Origin: Eledone cirrhosa
Lineage: Eukaryota
Direction of reading: 5' to 3'
DNA: 64,000 bases
Assembly: GCA_964016885.1 (NCBI GenBank)
Contig: OZ024744.1
Coordinates: forward strand, 75,206,001-75,270,000
Below, in pieces: positions 57,583 to 64,000 of the stretch. Below the pieces are notes generated by a model that was not told the origin of the DNA, ran no database searches, and saw only the letters and a program-made list of their open reading frames with translations. Within the stretch, counting starts at the first letter, position 1. Each line of letters opens with the position of its first letter. A program made the position numbers and the translations under genes.

Positions 57583-58652
57583 TATTCTGTGGTGACAGTC
57601 AAGTTTGCAATTTTCAACTGTAATGAGATGGGTAAATGTTTTGCCTTATATACAGTGAAAAGCGGCTACAGAATGCTAAGTTTTGCAAACTGTATTTCGA
57701 CTAATTGGTGTGTAGTTTCACTGGATTACTAAAGCTGATTGGTTTAGGCGTCACGGTTGGTTGAGCATGTCTTACGACTACTAATTGACCCTATCCAAAG
57801 CATCAATTGTTTTGCTATTTTTAGAAATGATGAAAATAGCGTTTTCACCATCAACATCACTTTTATTATTATTATTGTTGTTGTTGTTGTTAGTGGTAGT
57901 AGTCGACATGGTCGTAGTCATAGTCATAGTATGACTGACTACGACAATTTTCAATGCAAACATGAAAGTTGTAAACTTTGGCTGGGGTTTCTGCTATAAT
58001 AAAGCACATGATTTTTAAATGCCCATAGTATTATTGGGGCTTCGTAAATTTAGACATTTTTAAAGTATAACAGTTATCAGCTTTTAAACAATTCCATCTA
58101 TTTCTTTTGCTACAATAACGGTTATCAAGTTGTAGAATAATTTGATATGATATAGGGAAATCATAGCTGAAAATGAAATACTGATAAATTTTCTAGTACT
58201 ATTCTGCCAAGATAAACAACAACAGGAAGATAACAGCCTATTAAAAATGCAAGCATTATGTTAATAGACACAGAGTACTAGGGCTGTGTGTGGTTATGTG
58301 GATTCAAAATTAGGTTTTTAAAGTAACAAGCGATAACTCGCCAGTAAGTGGATTTGTCACGTCGAGGAAGAAAGGTAAGAAACGAAAATGTTATGCATTG
58401 GTAGGGTAAGGGATTATACAAAATTCGATAGAATATGTACAAGTGGCGTGCCTTGAGACATAGTCTCGAACAAAAGGGGGTAAGGATTTCGAGTTAGGCT
58501 TTATACTGAATGTATCTATGATATCTTACCACGCTTACTAACATCAAGCTATTGAGTAAAATAAGATAGAGTATTTGACAATGAATTTGATATAAAAACA
58601 GATCTGTAACCTTGACTGGCTGGATATCCGCAAATTATAGCAGTCTGTAGAG

Positions 58653-58997
58653 CAGAAGTTCTCAAAGTGGGCGCCACCACACCCCAGGGGGCATTGAGAA
58701 GTTCCAAGCAGCACTGGGCCCTAAGGCGACGGTGATGTTGTGGTGGAGATGATACAATGATATATTAGATATCAAATAATTCATATTATATATAAATATA
58801 GCAAAATAAAAAGATATATATTTATTTATACATAGTAAATATAATATCATGTATCATATATGAATTACCGATGTTATCTATTATATATTATTTACAGTTG
58901 CGTGTAGACATGTCTCGCTGGAAATAGGAGCTGGGGGGCGCTGAGGGTATTACATGGCTGTGAGGGGGCAGTGGCCCAAAATGTTTGAGAACCTCTA
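58653..58997 (+). mobile_element. hAT (Charlie-like) MITE
   Basis: TIRs CAGAAGTTCTCAAA and TTTGAGAACCTCTA; 8-bp target duplication CTGTAGAG / CTATAGAG. Confidence 0.85.
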
Positions 58998-59579
58998 CTA
59001 TAGAGTCATTGATCCATCAAAAGAGCAAAACCTAAATTTTACCAATAATTTTAATGCGATACCGTTGTAATTTGAGGACAGATTGATCTTTTTTAAAGAA
59101 AAAAGAATTTCAACCATTGAAAAGAAAAAAATTGGAAAGATATTTTTGAAATTACATAATAAACATATTAAAACCTCCCACATTTTTGAGTTCTGAGATA
59201 CAATATAGTTTCTATGGCTTTCTGCCTGCTAACTCCCCCTCCCCCTCTCACTCTCTTCCTTTCCCATGCTCTCTCTCTCTATATATATATATATGTGTGT
59301 ATGTGTGTGTGTGTGGGGGGGGGGGCGATCCTCATTCGAGAAGAGAGCAGAAATAATATATTATTTATTTACGCTCATACGCGAAACAATTGCACCACGC
59401 AAGGTTTCAAGGCCGAATATTGACGATATCTCCAGAATTTAAGAGGTATCAAAATTGTGACCCATCTTCAGGCGCTTATACGAGTTTATAATGTGGTTTC
59501 TTGGTGTTTATAGTAAGACCAAAATAGGGACAGGCTTAAGACAATAACTCCTCACTTTCTGAACTGGTATTGGAGGTAC

Positions 59580-60720
59580 ATTCTTCTTCTTTGCTTACTT
59601 ATTCCTGAGAGGGTCGCGGAGAAAGTGTCTTCAAACACTCCTTCTCGCTCGATTCTTTACTGAGACATTCTAATCACATGCTCATAGTGATGGAGCTGTG
59701 ATCTCTCAATTCGGAGAAGTAGCGGCTCTATCTGGAGTGACTCCGAGTTATGCGCTTTATTGGGTAATGTTACTCCAAAGACCCTTCGGAACAACCCCAT
59801 TTCGGCCACTTTTATTCCCGATCGTATTCTTTCAATCATTACCCAAGTAAGGGTTGGTATGAATACCGAATTGAGCGTAGTGAGTTTGGCTTTTACACAT
59901 ACCACCCCTTTGATTACCGAATGCTGAATCGGGTGCATTATTGCACTAACTCCTGCAATTCTTCCACTTAATTCAACCTCCTGCTTTACATCACATATGA
60001 ACAAAGCCCTGAGATACTTGAACTTCACCTTCTTTGGTGAAACTCCATTTACATGTTGAGTGTACTGCGTAGGCTTCCTTGAGAGGACGAGTGTCTCAGT
60101 CATCACAGCACTGATAATGTGGTCTCTAGCATGCACTTGATAGGTTTGATGCACATGGCATCAAACCTATCAATTGCATGTTGGATACCTCATTCTGACG
60201 ACGCAAGTAATACTATGTCGGCTGCAAATTCCAGCCAACTTATTTTACAACAACTGCGCATGTCAATCCTGTTAATAAAAATAACAAACAGCGGAGGTGA
60301 CAGTATGCACTCTTAGCGGAATCAGACTCCCACATTGAATGATTTCGATTTCCCACCGTTTATCCGAACACAAATACTCGGTCATTCGTATAGCGACACC
60401 AAGGTAAGCAGCTGTCCATCGATCCCATATCCTGTAGAACCTTCCATTACAGCTCCTGTGGAACGCGATCATATGCTTTTTCGGGGTCTACAAAGCAATA
60501 ATACACCTCTTGGCACTACTCCAATGATTTTTCAAAGACCTGCCGCAGTGTGAATATTTGGTCGGCTATGGTGCCTCCAGGGCGAAAACCACACAGTATG
60601 TCAGTTAGCTTGGACACGACAATCTCCCTACACTTAGCATAAACTTTACCGGGGAGGCTTAACAAGGGAATCCCTCTATAATTGTCTCCCTTTTTGAAAA
60701 TTGGGAGTATCACTCCCAGT
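59580..60720 (-). mobile_element. RTE-clade LINE RT and 3' part
   Basis: PIFKKGDNYRGIPLLSLPGKVYAK, CGFRPG..ADQIFTLRQVFEK, KFKYL, AEMGLFRRV.G; same family as 20610-21810. Confidence 0.9.
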
Positions 60721-60899
60721 GGCCTTGCTCTTGTGATCTCAGCCTCCGAGAGATCAATCATCGCTCCCAAATGCAATTTGTGTACAATTATCGGCAAAAC
60801 ATAACTTCTCTTGCCCTTCAGTCTGTTCAGAATGAAGATGCGGTTTAGGCTAACCTGTTGGAAACCGTAGGGGCTCTAATGCATCCCTGTTTTACTCCC

Positions 60900-62500
60900 T
60901 TGATAATTGGGAATAGTTAAGAGAACTCGCCGTCATCTTGTACACATACCTTTGTGAATTTGCTTGACCACTGAGATGAACTGTTTTGGACACCAGAACA
61001 TGGCTAATATTTTCCATAGCCCTTCCCTAGAAATGGTGTCGAAAGCTTTTGTTAGACCCCCCAACATCCTGTATAATTTCAAAAAGCTCTTATATTTTCT
61101 CTCTCAGCTTGATACTGCCATATTTGATAATTTCCACTAGGATGGAATTCACACAGGAGATTTCCCACTGGTGATATGATTCAAGGCTTGTGCGACCTCA
61201 TCCTCAGATAAGATTTTTCCAATAGACAAGTAAATTAGTATCTGGAACAGTCTATGGTTTCTTCATTTATACTTGAGATAACTTAGAACATTGTTGAAAT
61301 GCTCCACCAAGCAATCGAGAATGATACAGATGAAGTCAGAACCTAGATTTCATTGAGTGCTCACTAAAAGTCATTGAAGTCGTGTTTTCAGCGAAAGCAT
61401 GGATCTCATCAGCTTTCTTATATAACCAAGTGTCTTGCATGCTACGTAACTTTTACTGAATATCAGATCTCTTCTCATCAAAGGCCCTTCTTTTTGAAAT
61501 GGAAGAACGGTCTCTCGGTTACGCTTTGTGGAGATGGTGTTTTTCAACCAATAGCTTCTATACAGCATATGCATCGTTCTCATCAAACCATTCTTGATAT
61601 TTCCTGATCTTCGGATCAACTATTCCAATAGCAGTGTTGTGTGTTGTTTCACAAAACGGTCTCCAGTCTGTTCCAGGTTCTTGAATGAAATTCCGTGATT
61701 CAAATCTGCTATTAAGCTTTTCTACAAATTATTCGCGGCCTTCATCATTCTGGAGTTTGCTGGCATTTATTCTCTTTGCAAATTTGTAGATTTGTGGTCT
61801 TCTAGGCCTATGGAAAATTGATGCTTAGCTTTGAGATTAGTTGTTTATATGTGCCAAATTCTGCACCACACATAGTTTTTAGTGACACAAACGTCTTGCT
61901 GTCGACTAAATACCAGTGGTTTTACCTTGGATACATCCAAGTTGTCTTGTTTCTAGTTGGGAATAGAAAAGCAGTATTGAGGACAAGTAGCCCATTATAT
62001 GCGCAAGATTCCAGGAGCTGGAGTCCATTACTGTTTCACTCACCAATGCTGATATTGCCTATTACTCTCTCCCAAACAAAATCTAATCCAATCCTTACGT
62101 TGAAGTCCCCGAGTTCTATAAGTCTATTTGCTCTGAGCGAGCTTGATGAGGGACGATAGTTTTTCAAAGAAATCATATTTAACTTCATATGGGTTGATCA
62201 ATATTGGAGCATATGATGAAGTTGTCAGTGAGTGACAGGCAGAGTTTCATTAAGCGATATTTATGCACTTTTGGGGTTCAGTGAGGTTCCTCATTAGCGT
62301 AGGCTTGATGGCAAAATAAACTACTGCTTCTCTACGTTCATCCTCGCTTCTCCCTAATTAGAGAAAAGTGTAGCCAGTATTTTCTTCAGTGTGATGATCT
62401 CCGGTGAGCCTGATCTCTCTGAGTGCAGCGTTTTGACATTGAACCTCTAGATATTAGTGCTGTGCGTCTTTCAAGCCTGTTTGTATTGACAACGAGGAAG
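60900..62500 (-). mobile_element. RTE-clade LINE endonuclease and linker region
   Basis: NRLERRTALI, LGDFNVRIG, SNGLQLLESCA...L.NTAF and TTWMYPR on the minus strand. Confidence 0.8.
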
Positions 62501-62509
62501 TCCCTATGG

Positions 62510-62635
62510 CAGTGGTTCCCAAACTGTGCACCTTCGTGGAATGGTGCAACTCAAGATGTAATTAGGTGCGCCACAAATAAGCAAGATTATACTTCAAAAA
62601 TACAAACTGAATTCATTATAAAATCCATATATGAT
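62510..62635 (+). mobile_element. hAT-type transposon left end
   Basis: Begins CAGTGGTTCCCAAACTGTG, a Charlie-like TIR. Confidence 0.55.
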
Positions 62636-62659
62636 TGTCAAGTTCCCCTATGGTGCTTG

Positions 62660-63370
62660 GGAAGCCATCAAGTGCAACCTGGCCTCGGACAGGCTAGCAC
62701 GCCAGCTCGACCAGCACCATCTTGAATGTTTTCGCGGGGCCTAGAAACCCCACAATGGTGCCTGGCTCCATACCTTACCCTCCTTCTCAACTGGCATGCA
62801 ACTGCACAATGATAGCCTGCACATCGGGATTTTCCTCAGGCTCGGCCTCCGGATCAGCGAGCCACACAAATGTCGCAGCGGATCCACCGTAGACTCTTTC
62901 GGCCGCCAGCCGCTTTCCTGTCGCAACAGTACGGGTCACTTTCCAGGCCATACTGCTTTCAACAAGGTCATAAAACATGGCTTGGATACTGCAGGCTTCC
63001 CCTCCCAGCTCGAGCCAGTAGGGCTGGACCGAGGGGACGGCAACAGTAAAGACGGCATGACAATCTTCCCGTTCCGCGGTGAAAAACCCCTCGTCTGGGA
63101 TGACACTTACAGCTGCAACCTGGGGCAGCATGCGACTAACCCAGGTTCTGCTGAACTTTGGGAGGGTAGACTATTCAAGTATCGATCAGGTTTGCAGTCG
63201 AGCCCCTAACAGTAGAGACTTCTGGTGTCCTTGGCCGTAGGGCTACCTCCCTACTTACCAACATAGGCGCTGAGCTGGCGAGCCACAAATGTGAGCCTCA
63301 CGATATGGAATGGCTCATCCAGCGCATCTCCCTCCAGGGAAATGCCTTATTTATTCTGTCCACCGGGGCC
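62660..63370 (+). mobile_element. CRE-clade non-LTR C-terminal fragment
   Basis: LRLGL..SEPHKCRSG...PLSC....H..FN.VIK..L..AG.PS.LEP.GL.R.DG..DGMT..P...KPLVWD in ORF 62796..63209. Confidence 0.85.
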
Positions 63371-64000
63371 TTGTGGCGGTCAACGCGTGGGACCCCATTT
63401 GCTCATAATTGTGAGAGATGGGGAGGGCGAGACAGATTGAAGCAATGACAGTGGGAGTTCGGCTTCTCTGTGTTCAGACCTGGTGTACGTGTATTTGCTC
63501 CGTAGAGCGTCAGTCGCCATGCTCTGCAACATAGTTATGGCCCTTTGCGTTCTAAGTTCAAATCCCGCCGAGGTTAACTTTGTCTTTCAGTTATTTTCAC
63601 ATATAAACAAACAATTTGGAAGGATTTAATAATATAACTAACTTTCGAACATAACTAAACTAAAATTTAGAAAACAACAGAAGTTTTCGCCGTACTTTTG
63701 ACTAAATAAATTTTAGCCTGATAGTGGGGTTTAAAACCCTCTAAAAATGGAAAAGGATGGCGAAACCTATTTCTACTAAATTTCAAACTTCCATCGCTAT
63801 TTCAAAACAAAGTAACTAAACTAAAAATGGAACCATTGAAAAAAATAAACATGGATATTGATAACTTACTTAGCTCCATTCATTGATTAAAGAAGGAACT
63901 AGAACTAATTTTTCTGTATTTTAAATTATGTATATTTCTACTTTCTGCTAGTATAAATATATGTTATTTAAAAATATATTCGAATTTCTATAATAATTTT

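Overview
AT-rich, microsatellite-saturated eukaryotic intergenic or intronic DNA, most likely from a coleoid cephalopod (octopus-like; inferred from the SINE families and the very high (TA)n/(CA)n/(GA)n density). I recognise no intact host protein-coding gene. Almost all long ORFs in the track are translated microsatellites. The rest are decayed transposon fragments: RTE, Tx1/L1-like, R4/Dong and CRE non-LTR elements, a Helitron helicase remnant, four non-autonomous Helitrons, hAT-type MITEs and roughly 15 tRNA-derived SINE copies. The main signal not explained by the ORF track is a dense set of short elements from many unrelated families sitting in (TA)n tracts. They carry minimal type I hammerhead ribozyme motifs (CTGANGA...GAAA-palindrome-NTH), are often folded back into long inverted repeats whose turning point lies at or just upstream of the ribozyme, and share a short ATTGAGTRCT-like motif near their outer end. 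This fits Penelope-like retroelement pseudo-LTR remnants. The family diversity, extended stem II variants, cross-family motif, a tRNA-like cassette inside the same architecture, and candidate HDV-like ribozymes in an RTE-type leader merit follow-up. Coordinates were read by eye and element boundaries are approximate.
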